From positions 1-64,000 of the forward strand of contig CAVYBU010000017.1 in assembly GCA_963766735.1 (NCBI GenBank): a stretch of 64,000 nt of DNA, given 5' to 3'. The notes under the pieces are model-generated. The model made no database searches. It saw only the letters and a program-made list of their open reading frames with translations, and was not told the origin of the DNA. The translations under genes were made by a program, and so were the position numbers. Shown here piece after piece: positions 9,035 through 17,944 of the stretch. Every line of letters starts with the position of its first letter. Positions within the stretch are counted from its first letter, which is position 1. The stretch comes from an uncultured Chloroflexia bacterium (GTDB lineage Bacteria; Chloroflexota; Limnocylindria; Limnocylindrales; CSP1-4).

Positions 9035-9484
9035 TCAATGGTGATCTGCGTCCGTCCCGCCGGCCGCGTGAGCTCCATGATGCGAGTCGTGGTCCGTGTC
9101 GGAGTCGTGCCCCGTTCCCCCGGGCAGCGCCCCTGCCACCACGCGTCCACCGCGGACGATGGCCAGCGTGCGGGGCGGCAGCGCTTCCGGATCTCCAGGG
9201 TCCCGTCGGCGCGGGTCGCGGTCGAGCACCGCGAGATCAGCGCGACCCCCGACTTCCAGCGGCGCCCCGGTCGGCGAGGGGGTGTCCGTTCCCGGCTCGA
9301 GTGGGCTGACGCACGCGCCACCCAGGTCGAACAGGTGCGAATCGCCGCGCGAGATCGCCCGGACCTCGTCATCGGTGCCGATCGCGAGGATCGTGTCGCC
9401 GGCCCAGGCGATCGCCGTGGCATCCGGCTCGCCACCGCCCGGGAGCACGGTGCCGCCGATCAGGAGCGTGTACAGGTGGGTCAC
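9035..9484 (-). CDS. Amidohydrolase beta-sandwich-only protein with His-rich tail
   Basis: N-terminal ILAIGTDDEV...DLGGACVSP joined directly to C-terminal LEVGGRADLAVLDRDP...GGRVV; no HxH barrel. Confidence 0.7.
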   Translation of the reverse strand: MTHLYTLLIGGTVLPGGGEPDATAIAWAGDTILAIGTDDEVRAISRGDSHLFDLGGACVSPLEPGTDTPSPTGAPLEVGGRADLAVLDRDPRRRDPGDPEALPPRTLAIVRGGRVVAGALPGGTGHDSDTDHDSHHGAHAAGGTDADHH

Positions 9485-10779
9485 GGCTGCCCGTGATCGA
9501 TCAGGACCCAGGTGGACCCAGCGGCGCCGTCGCGGACCTCCACGCCGGCCTCCGTGAGCCGGTCCCGGACCAGGTCCGCGGTTGCCCAGTCGCGTGTCTC
9601 GCGCGCCCGTGTCCGCACGGCCAGGAGGGCTTCGACGAACGGCCCGACGATCGCCCGCGGATCCGTCCCGCCACCCGCGGCTGCCTCGCCCAGCCGGGCG
9701 ATCAGAGAGCGGAAGGTCGACCGCGCGTTGTCGAGGTCCGGGCTGTCCTCGCCGGCCCGCACCCGGCCCTCGATCACCTCGTCGAGATCGAGCAGCGCCG
9801 CGACGGCCGCCCGGCCGTCCCCGCCGGCCAGGGCGTCGAAGAACGACCCCTCGAGGTCCGCCATCTCGTCCCGGAGCGGTTCGGCGGAACGGGGCGTTCG
9901 ACCCGGGGTCACACCCGGACGGCTCGCGCCGGGCGTGTTGGCTGCGGCCGCCACGTCGGGTGGCGCTCCGGCCGCCAGCGCCCGCGCCGCATCGGCCAGC
10001 GCGTCGATCGCGATCTCGCTCCCGGCCGGGAAGACCGCGGACCGGCCGTCGACCCGGACCGTGACCCCGCCGAGTCCCGAGACCGTCGCCGTCCTCCGCT
10101 CGAGGTCCAGCACCAGCGCGGTGTGGCTGTCCACGCCCAGGACGAACGCGTCCGGGGGCAGCTGGGCTTCGAGGATCCGGAGGCGCCGGTCGCCCATGTA
10201 GCAGAAGCGGGTGTCGTGGTTACCGCCCTCCGCGTTGTCGTAGTGGGGCACCACGGCGGCACGAAGCCCGGTCGCGGGCCCCAGGAGGTCCAGCCCGGGC
10301 AGCCAGGAGGGCTCCTCGCCCACCTTGTAGATCTCGTAGATGGGGATCGTGACGACGCCCAGCGTCAATGCCGCGGCGCTCGCCATGGTCAGGATGCCGC
10401 CGTCGCGGAGCATGTCCGCCATCGCGACCGGGATGGGGCCGTCGGTCCACTGGCGGAGGGCATAGCTGGGACTGCCGGGGCCCGCCATGACGTAGCGAGC
10501 CGGACGGATGCGGGCGACGGCCGTGGCCGCGGTCACCGCGTCCACCTCGCGGGACCGGTACGAGGCGACGTCCACCTCGCGCCCGACACTCTCCGCGAAG
10601 AACTTGACCGTCCGCGCGCTGAGCTCGTCCGCGTTCTCCTGGAAGCCGTACGGCGTGTCGAGGATGACGGCCGGGACGGGCGCCGGACCGAGCCGGTCGA
10701 ACAGGGCACGGTGGACCTTGGCCATCGTGGGCGCGGTCTCACCGGACCCCATGATCGCGAGGATCCGCGGGCCGCTCAC
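9481..10779 (-). CDS. Peptidase S51/cyanophycinase-like domain fused to CysRS C-terminal-like domain
   Basis: MGSGE, GPGSPSY, ASAAA, VPHYDN, GVDSHTAL; C-terminal RARETRDWATADLVRDRLTEAGVEVRDG...W. Confidence 0.8.
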   Translation of the reverse strand: MSGPRILAIMGSGETAPTMAKVHRALFDRLGPAPVPAVILDTPYGFQENADELSARTVKFFAESVGREVDVASYRSREVDAVTAATAVARIRPARYVMAGPGSPSYALRQWTDGPIPVAMADMLRDGGILTMASAAALTLGVVTIPIYEIYKVGEEPSWLPGLDLLGPATGLRAAVVPHYDNAEGGNHDTRFCYMGDRRLRILEAQLPPDAFVLGVDSHTALVLDLERRTATVSGLGGVTVRVDGRSAVFPAGSEIAIDALADAARALAAGAPPDVAAAANTPGASRPGVTPGRTPRSAEPLRDEMADLEGSFFDALAGGDGRAAVAALLDLDEVIEGRVRAGEDSPDLDNARSTFRSLIARLGEAAAGGGTDPRAIVGPFVEALLAVRTRARETRDWATADLVRDRLTEAGVEVRDGAAGSTWVLIDHGQP

Positions 10780-10795
10780 GCGGGGAACCAGCCGC

Positions 10796-11660
10796 TCACG
10801 CGAAGAACCCGTCCGCTGTCAGGTCGTGCAGCACCCCTGCGAGCTCGACCGGGCGCTGTGCATGGATGTCGTGGTCTCCGGTGAACCACCTCACGCGGGT
10901 GTTGTGGATGGCCGTCGCGGCCTCGTCCACCTGTCGGCGCCTCCGTTGCAGGCGCTCGTCCTCGCCGCCGGCGACGGGCACCAGCAGGACCGGGATCGAC
11001 AGGCCCGGATACCGCTCCGCCGGGTGGTCGTCCCAGAGCCCGCGCAGGACGTCGATGTGGCGCTCGAACGTGAGCCACGGGGCGATTGTTCCGTCCGGCC
11101 GGATCTCGAAGTTGCCGAGCACGCCGCGGATGCCGGTCTCCGGCCAATCGGGATGCGCGGACCGGATGTAGCCCTCGATCTCCTCGAGCCGCCGCCCGGC
11201 CAGGCGAGGCGGCGAGAGGGCCTCCCGGCAGGCCTCCCAGCTGGCGAAGTCGCGGCTCGGCTCCAGCCACCCCCCGTCGATGCAGGCGATGCCACGAACC
11301 AGGTCCGGACGGCGGGCAGCCAGCTCGAGGACGACGTTGCCGCCCCAGGATTGCCCGGCGACGATGGGTCGCTCCAGCCCGAGGATCTCGATCAGGGTCG
11401 CCAGGTCCGAGGCCACGGTGGGGACGTCATACGGGCCGTCGGGCTTGGACGAGCGCCCGTGCCCCCGGAGGTCCACCGTGAAGACCGGGTGACCCGCCGC
11501 CAACCAGCGCCTGGGCCACGCCGTCCCACATCCGCGCGTTCGAGGCAAGGCCATGGACGAGGACGAACGGGCGCGCGTCCGCCACGGCATCGGCGCCCGG
11601 CGGCCATGCGTCGACGACCAGCTCGACACCCTCGGCAACCGGGATGCTCCTTCCCTCCAT
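10796..11660 (-). CDS. Alpha/beta hydrolase (frameshift near 11500)
   Basis: VLVHGLASN in one frame; DLRGHGRS, GQSWGG, GDHD in the next; removing one G restores the frame. Confidence 0.8.
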
Positions 11661-11810
11661 GTCAACCATGGTAGTCGGGTCGCCGGATTGGGTCGTCGGG
11701 CGCCGGCATATGCGCCGGGCAAGCGGCGAGGAGCATTGTGTTCGCATGCATGACCCGCGCCGCCGCCCGACCCGCACCGCGCGACTCGCTCCGGCGCGAC
11801 CCGCACCGCC

Positions 11811-11846
11811 TTGACATCATGATGCTGAACTATGACACTTCATGAT
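11811..11846 (+). promoter_or_regulatory. vapBC promoter with palindromic operator
   Basis: TTGACA (11811) + 17 nt + GACACT; perfect palindrome CATCATGATG at 11815-11824. Confidence 0.55.
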
Positions 11847-12092
11847 GTGTCACACCGCACCACCCTCACGCTGGACGATGACGTCGCGTCGCGGATCGAC
11901 GGCGAGGTCCGCCGGACCGGCCGGCCCTATCGAGCCGTGGTGAACGACGCCCTGCGCCGCGGGCTCGAAGCGCCGCGTCCCGCGCTGGCGCCGTACCGTG
12001 TGGACGCGCGACCGATGGGCCGACGCCCCGGCATGGACATCGATGACGTCGCCGGCCTCCTGGACCTGCTCGACGGCCCGAACGGCCCATGA
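11847..12092 (+). CDS. vapB: VapB-type ribbon-helix-helix antitoxin
   Basis: RTTLTLDDDV...VNDALRRGL; ATGA overlap with the PIN gene; alternative start 11832. Confidence 0.85.
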   Translation: MSHRTTLTLDDDVASRIDGEVRRTGRPYRAVVNDALRRGLEAPRPALAPYRVDARPMGRRPGMDIDDVAGLLDLLDGPNGP

Positions 12093-12523
12093 TCCTGGTC
12101 GACGCCAACCTGTTGCTGTACGCGCACGAGGCGGACGGCGGCGACCGCCACGAGGCCGCGCGCGCCTGGCTGGAGCGGGTGCTGGAGACCGAGCCGGACG
12201 TCAGGATCGGCCTGGCCGCCCTGCTCGCCTTCATCAGGATCAGCACGGACCACCGCGTCTATGGACGGCCGAGAACTGCGGCCGAGGCCATCGGCATCGT
12301 GGAGGCGCTGCTCGCGCGGCCCAATGTCACCGTCGCCTCGCCCGGGGATCGCCACTGGGCCCTGCTGGCGGACCTGGCAGCCTCAGGTCGTGCCCGCGGG
12401 CCGCTGCTGATGGACGCGCACCTGGCTACGCTCGCGATGGAGCACGGCGCGACGCTGGCCACCACGGACCGCGACTTCACCCGGTTCCCCGGGCTCCGGC
12501 ACGTGGACCCGCTCGTTCCGTAG
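12089..12523 (+). CDS. vapC: VapC PIN-domain toxin
   Basis: MILVDANLLLYA...DAHLATLAMEHG...TTDRDF. Confidence 0.93.
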   Translation: MILVDANLLLYAHEADGGDRHEAARAWLERVLETEPDVRIGLAALLAFIRISTDHRVYGRPRTAAEAIGIVEALLARPNVTVASPGDRHWALLADLAASGRARGPLLMDAHLATLAMEHGATLATTDRDFTRFPGLRHVDPLVP

Positions 12524-12579
12524 GCCGCGCCCTCTGTACCTCCGCCTGCCGCATGCGTCCGACCGTCTATCCTTCCGCG

Positions 12580-13722
12580 ATGACCACCTCCGTGCTCGTG
12601 CTCGGCGCCGGTTTCGGCGGCCTGGAGCTCTCGTCCCGGCTTTCCCAGGTCCTCGGCGACAAGGTCCACGTGACCCTGATCGATCGCGCGGACTCGTTCG
12701 TGTTCGGCTTCTCCAAGCTGGACATCATGTTCGGCCAGCGGACGCCCGAATCCGTCCGTCTCCGCTACAGCGACTACGCGATGTCCAACGTCACGTTCCG
12801 GCAGGAGACGATCACCTCGATCGACCCGGGGAACCGGCGCGTCGTCACCGGTGGCGGCACCTACGAAGCCGACGTCCTGGTCGTGGCGCTGGGCGCCGAG
12901 TACGACATCGCGGCAACCTCCGGCCTGGCCGAGGACGGTCACGAGTTCTACTCGGTCCCGGGCGCCGAGGCCGTGCGGCGGCTCCTCCCGGACTTCCGAT
13001 CCGGCACGGCCGTCATCGGCGTCTGCGGCACCCCGTTCAAGTGCCCGCCCGCTCCCAGCGAGACGGCCCTCCTGCTGGACGAGTACCTGCGTGAGCGCGG
13101 CCTCCGCGACGCCGTGAGGATCCAGCTGGTGATGCCGTTCGGCCGACCCGTGCCGCCGTCCCCCGAGACCTCCGACGCGATCCTCACCCGGTTCGCGGAA
13201 CGTGGCATCGAGTTCATCCCGGACCGCAAGGTGGTCGCCCTGGACCCCTCCACGCACGAGGCGATCCTCAGCGACGGCAGCTTCCTGGCCTACGACCTGT
13301 TCCTCGGGATTCCGGTGCACCGGGTGCCGGACGTGGTCTCGGCGTCGGGCATGACGCGGAACGGCTGGATCCCGGTCCAGCCCGGCACGGCAGCCACGAG
13401 CTACCCGAACGTGTACGCCGTGGGCGACGTCACGAGCGTTGGTACGCCCAAGGCCGGCGTGTTCGCCGAGCGCGCGGCCCGCGTGGTCGCGGACCAGCTG
13501 ATCGCCCGGATCCGCGGCGAGGCGGAACCCCCCGGCTACGACGGAAAGGGCGCCTGCTGGATGGAGCTCGGCAAGGGTGACGTCGGTCGCATCGAGGTGG
13601 ACTTCTTCTCCACGCCGGGCCACCCGACCGGTTCCTTCACGGAGCCCTCGGCCGAGACTGCCGCCGAGAAGACGGCGTTCGGTGCCGAGCGCCGCGTCCG
13701 CTGGTTCGGCCTCGACAGCTGA
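12580..13722 (+). CDS. Sulfide:quinone oxidoreductase-like flavoprotein
   Basis: VLGAGFGG, KCPPAP, YAVGD, PKAG, GACWME (two conserved Cys). Confidence 0.8.
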   Translation: MTTSVLVLGAGFGGLELSSRLSQVLGDKVHVTLIDRADSFVFGFSKLDIMFGQRTPESVRLRYSDYAMSNVTFRQETITSIDPGNRRVVTGGGTYEADVLVVALGAEYDIAATSGLAEDGHEFYSVPGAEAVRRLLPDFRSGTAVIGVCGTPFKCPPAPSETALLLDEYLRERGLRDAVRIQLVMPFGRPVPPSPETSDAILTRFAERGIEFIPDRKVVALDPSTHEAILSDGSFLAYDLFLGIPVHRVPDVVSASGMTRNGWIPVQPGTAATSYPNVYAVGDVTSVGTPKAGVFAERAARVVADQLIARIRGEAEPPGYDGKGACWMELGKGDVGRIEVDFFSTPGHPTGSFTEPSAETAAEKTAFGAERRVRWFGLDS

Positions 13723-13820
13723 TCCCCCGGGCGCCGCGCGCCCGTTGGCGCCTCGCGCGCCGGCAATGGCCTCGCGCCGCTATCGCCTCGCGCGCTGCAC
13801 GCTGCGCGCCGTGACCCCGC

Positions 13821-14957
13821 CTAGACGCCCTTCCCCGCGACCAGCACCCCGGCATCCACGTCCCAGGCCAGCCGGACCTCGTCCCCGGGATGCCACTCGG
13901 CGTCGTCGCCGCCCAGCTGCTGGCGGACCCCTGCCGCCTGCCCGTCGGGCAGCGTCAGCTCGAACTTGCGCGTGGAGCCCAGGTAGAGCACGTCGGTCAC
14001 GGTGGCATCGATGGTGTTCACGCCCGCCGGCACGTCTCCGGTCCGCGTCATGATCCGGAGGCGCTCCGGTCGCACGACCAGCGCCGCCGGGGCCTTGTCG
14101 GCGAGCCCGGCCCTGGCGGCCGCAGCCTCGCCAACCTGCCATCGCCATGGGTCGCTCGTGACCCAGCCGCCGCCGCTCGATGCCTGGAACCGTCCATGGA
14201 GGATGTTGGATTCGCCGATGAAGTCGGCCACGAACAGTGACACGGGTCGCTCGTAGAGGTCCTCGCCACCACCCAGCTGCTCGATCCTGCCGTCGTGGAA
14301 GATGGCGATCCGGTCGCTCATGACCAGCGCCTCCTCCTGGTCGTGGGTCACGTAGACGACCGTGGCGCCCAGCTGGCGGCTGATGTGCATGATCTCGAGC
14401 TGGAGCGCCTCGCGGAGCTTCTTGTCCAGGGCGCCCAGCGGTTCGTCCATGAGCAGCAGGTCCGGCTCGAACACGACCGCGCGGGCCAGCGCGATGCGCT
14501 GCTGCTGGCCACCGGACATCTGGCGCGGGTAGCGGGCCGAGTAGGAGTCCAGCTTCACCAGGCGGAGCGCGTCGTCCACCCGCTTCGCGATCTCCGCCTT
14601 GGGGAGCTTGCGCATCTGGAGCGGGAAGGCGATGTTCTCGCCGGCGGTCATGTGCGGGAACAGGGCGTAGTTCTGGAACACCATGCCCACGTCGCGCTGG
14701 TGGGGCGGGATGCGGCTGACGTCGTTGCCATCGATCGCGATGGTGCCCGCAGACTGGACCGTGAACCCCGCGATCATCCGAAGGGTGGTCGTCTTGCCGG
14801 ATCCGGATGGCCCGAGCAGCGTGACGAACTCGCCCTGGCGGACCTCGAGGTCCACGCCGTTGACCGCCACGACGTCGCCGAAGCGCTTCACGAGGCCCTG
14901 CAGGACGAGGGCAGGCCGATCGCTGGTGGGCGTGCGTCCCGCGAGATGGCTGCTCAT
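13821..14957 (-). CDS. Polyamine-type ABC transporter ATPase (PotA-like)
   Basis: GPSGSGKTT, MSGGQQQR, LLMDEPLGALD, TOBE-like tail. Confidence 0.93.
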   Translation of the reverse strand: MSSHLAGRTPTSDRPALVLQGLVKRFGDVVAVNGVDLEVRQGEFVTLLGPSGSGKTTTLRMIAGFTVQSAGTIAIDGNDVSRIPPHQRDVGMVFQNYALFPHMTAGENIAFPLQMRKLPKAEIAKRVDDALRLVKLDSYSARYPRQMSGGQQQRIALARAVVFEPDLLLMDEPLGALDKKLREALQLEIMHISRQLGATVVYVTHDQEEALVMSDRIAIFHDGRIEQLGGGEDLYERPVSLFVADFIGESNILHGRFQASSGGGWVTSDPWRWQVGEAAAARAGLADKAPAALVVRPERLRIMTRTGDVPAGVNTIDATVTDVLYLGSTRKFELTLPDGQAAGVRQQLGGDDAEWHPGDEVRLAWDVDAGVLVAGKGV

Positions 14958-15751
14958 CGGACGGGCGCCTGCCGACGGACCACGAGGGCCAGCGTCAGCA
15001 CGACGGTGGTCACCACCAGGAGCACCGTCGCCACCGATGCGACGGTCGGATCCACGACCTGGCGGACCTGTTCCCACATGACGGTGGGGAGGGTCCGGAA
15101 CTTCGTCGTTGTCAGGAAGATTGCCACGACCACCTCGTCCCACGAAGACAGGAATGCGAATAGGGCGCCCGCGAAGACCCCGGGCATGATGAGCGGCAGC
15201 GTGATGTGGCGGAAGGTCCGGGCGGGGTTCGCGCCCAGGTTTGCGGCCGCCATCTCGAGGTTCCGGTCCATCGTCCTCAGGCTGGCCGACACGCTGATCA
15301 CCACGAACGGCACGGCCAGAGCCGTGTGCGCAACCGTGAGTCCGACGACGCTGCCGGTGATCTTCCAGCGCACGAACAGCGAGAACATGCCGATCGCGAT
15401 CACGATCACCGGAACGACCAGTGGCGACAGGATCAGCACGTTGGCGATGGACTTGCCCGGGAACCTGCCACGGGAGAGGCCCAGCGCCGCCAGGGTCCCC
15501 AGGACCGTGGCCAGGATGGCGGTCAGCACCGCCACCATGAAGCTGTTGACGAAGCCGGATGTCCAGGCGGGGCTGGTCAGCATCTTCTCGTACCACTGGA
15601 GCGAGAAGCCCGGCGGCGGGAACGAGAGGATGCTGGCCGACGAGAAGCCCATCGGCACGATCACCAGGCTGGGACCGACCAGGAACACGATCGTCAGCGC
15701 CCCGAAGATGACGAGGAGGATGCGGTTCCACCGGAGCCAGCTGTCGGTCAT
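14954..15751 (-). CDS. ABC permease (PotC-like)
   Basis: Six hydrophobic helices, EMAAANLGA EAA loop, SSWDE. Confidence 0.92.
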   Translation of the reverse strand: MTDSWLRWNRILLVIFGALTIVFLVGPSLVIVPMGFSSASILSFPPPGFSLQWYEKMLTSPAWTSGFVNSFMVAVLTAILATVLGTLAALGLSRGRFPGKSIANVLILSPLVVPVIVIAIGMFSLFVRWKITGSVVGLTVAHTALAVPFVVISVSASLRTMDRNLEMAAANLGANPARTFRHITLPLIMPGVFAGALFAFLSSWDEVVVAIFLTTTKFRTLPTVMWEQVRQVVDPTVASVATVLLVVTTVVLTLALVVRRQAPVR

Positions 15752-15758
15752 CGGTCTC

Positions 15759-16649
15759 TCACGCCTCTTCGCCGAGGGCGCCGTACACGTCCTGCAGCTT
15801 CACGAACCGTGACGCGATGGCAAGCACGGCGAAGGTGAGCCCCATCAGGATGACCGCCATCGCGGTCGCCAGGCCCCAGTTGAGGCGCTGCTGGACCTGG
15901 TCGGCGATGAACCGGCTGATCATCGTCTCGCGGGGGCTGCCCAGGATCGTGGGGGTGATGTAGAAGCCCAGCGCGAGCACGAACACCAGCAGCGCACCGG
16001 CCGCGACGCCCGGGAAGCTCAGCGGGACGAAGACCCTCCGGAAGGCCGCGAACGGTGGCGCCCCGAGGTTCGCCGCGGCACGCGTGAGCTCGGGGTCGAT
16101 CCGCTGCATCACGGTGTACAGCGGCAGGACCATGAACGGCAGCAGGATCTGGGACATGCCCAGGATCACGCTGAAGGTGTTGCGGATGAGGGGTAGCGGC
16201 TCGCTGATGATCCCAATTGACTGGAGCACGTTGTTGATGAGGCCCGTGTCCCGGAGGATCACCTCCCAGGCGAAGGTCCGGACCAGCAGGCTGGACCAGA
16301 ACGGCACGAGGACGGCGATCAGCAGGAGTCCTGCGACCCGCTGCGGGACGATCGCCATCAGGTACGCGTACGGGTAGCCGACGGCCAGGCACACGATCGT
16401 GCACACGGTCGCGATGTAGAAGGTGTTGCCCAGCACCCGGATGTTCGCGTCCGAGGCGAAGAAGGTCTGGTAGTTCGCGAGACCCGCGTCGGGCGGGTCC
16501 GTGAAGCTGCGGATGACCATCAGGAGCATGGGCAGCAGGAACGCCACCGTGAGGAACACGAGCAGGGGGAACGCGAGCGTGCCCCAGCGCGAGATGAGCG
16601 GGCCGCGAGAGCGGCCCGCCCGTCCCTTCACCTCTGCAGGTGCGGTCAT
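15759..16649 (-). CDS. ABC permease (PotB-like)
   Basis: PFWSSLLVRTFAW, LPFMVLPLY, AAANLGA, GFYITP. Confidence 0.92.
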   Translation of the reverse strand: MTAPAEVKGRAGRSRGPLISRWGTLAFPLLVFLTVAFLLPMLLMVIRSFTDPPDAGLANYQTFFASDANIRVLGNTFYIATVCTIVCLAVGYPYAYLMAIVPQRVAGLLLIAVLVPFWSSLLVRTFAWEVILRDTGLINNVLQSIGIISEPLPLIRNTFSVILGMSQILLPFMVLPLYTVMQRIDPELTRAAANLGAPPFAAFRRVFVPLSFPGVAAGALLVFVLALGFYITPTILGSPRETMISRFIADQVQQRLNWGLATAMAVILMGLTFAVLAIASRFVKLQDVYGALGEEA

Positions 16650-16682
16650 CGCGTGCTCCTGCGAGAGCCTGTGATCCTCAGC

Positions 16683-17804
16683 CTACTGGGTCTTCCAGTC
16701 GTTGAACTGCTGGTCGAGGGTGTCCGTGTTCTCGATCAGCCACGCGTCGTTCATGGTCGCGGTGGTGTCGTTGATGTTGGACACGGCCAGGTCGGGGGCC
16801 ATGGCGGCGTCAGGCGTCGCGAACTTGTTGGGCGGTCCGTACGAGATGAACTGCGAGACGTTCGCGTTGTTGTTGGCGCACGAGGCCCAGGCGATGAACT
16901 GCATTGCCTGGTCCTTGTTCGGGGTTCCCTTCGGCACGACCCAGTAGTCGGCGACCAGCAGCTGCTGGTTCCACTGGACCGCGACCGGCTTGCCATCGAC
17001 GTTGTTGGCCGACCATGCGCGGCCGTTCCACATCTGGGACATCACGACTTCGCCGGCGCCGATCTGCTCCTGGCTCTTGGCGCCGCTGGACCACCAGACG
17101 ATGGAGTCCTTGATCGTGTCGAGCTTGGCCAGCGCACGCGGCACGTCGAGCGGGTAGAGGTCCGCGGGCGCGACTCCGTCGGCCATGAGCGCCAGCTCCA
17201 GCACGCCGCCGGTCGAGTAGTCGTACAGGCCGCGCTTGCCCGGGAACTTGGCGAGGTCGAAGAAGTCGGCCCAGCTCTCCGGGACGGTGTCGAACTTGTC
17301 GGTGCGGTAGGCCATCACGATGCCGTAGGTGATGGCGGCGACGCGATACGTATCCGCGAAGCCCGGCAGGATCTCGTCCTTGGGGATCAGGTTGTAGTCG
17401 AGCGGCTCCAGGATGTCCGCGTTGCCCTCGAGACCGAAGTCATTGCCCACGTCCACGACGTCCCAGGTGACCTGTCCGGATTCGACCTGCGACTTGATCG
17501 TGGCGTTCGCCGAATCCTCGTCCTCGATGATCGTCGCGCCGGTGGCAGCGGCGTAGGGCTCGAACCAGGCCTTCCTCTGGGCCTCCTGGTACGCGCCGCC
17601 GTAGGACGAGATGGTGAGCGTCGTGCCGTCCGGCACCGTCGGGTTGGTGCAGAGCTCCGAGGTTCCCGGCGCTGCCGACGAGGCCACCGCGGCCGTCGGC
17701 GCCGACGTCGGCGCCGCCGTTGGGTCGCTGCCGCCGCACGCGCTGACCAGGGTTATTGTTGCCAGCACGCCGACGACCGATCGCACGCGAAGTCCCATGA
17801 ACAC
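16683..17804 (-). CDS. Polyamine-type ABC substrate-binding lipoprotein
   Basis: Lipobox LVSAC, SYGGAYQEAQ, WDVVD, KFPGKR, WNGR. Confidence 0.9.
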   Translation of the reverse strand: MFMGLRVRSVVGVLATITLVSACGGSDPTAAPTSAPTAAVASSAAPGTSELCTNPTVPDGTTLTISSYGGAYQEAQRKAWFEPYAAATGATIIEDEDSANATIKSQVESGQVTWDVVDVGNDFGLEGNADILEPLDYNLIPKDEILPGFADTYRVAAITYGIVMAYRTDKFDTVPESWADFFDLAKFPGKRGLYDYSTGGVLELALMADGVAPADLYPLDVPRALAKLDTIKDSIVWWSSGAKSQEQIGAGEVVMSQMWNGRAWSANNVDGKPVAVQWNQQLLVADYWVVPKGTPNKDQAMQFIAWASCANNNANVSQFISYGPPNKFATPDAAMAPDLAVSNINDTTATMNDAWLIENTDTLDQQFNDWKTQ

Positions 17805-17944
17805 TCCTCCTCCTTCGCATGGCCACAGGCGCAGCCACGGCCCGCGGGATCCGCCCCCACTCGGATCCGCCGACAGCGGGCATGATAGACCCCGATTACA
17901 GGGCCATTCGGCCCGTCCCGCAAGATGAGCCGACCAGGTTGTCC

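Noticed and set aside
9481-10779. Calling the gene cysS
   Set aside because: No HIGH/KMSKS catalytic domain; only the tail resembles CysRS
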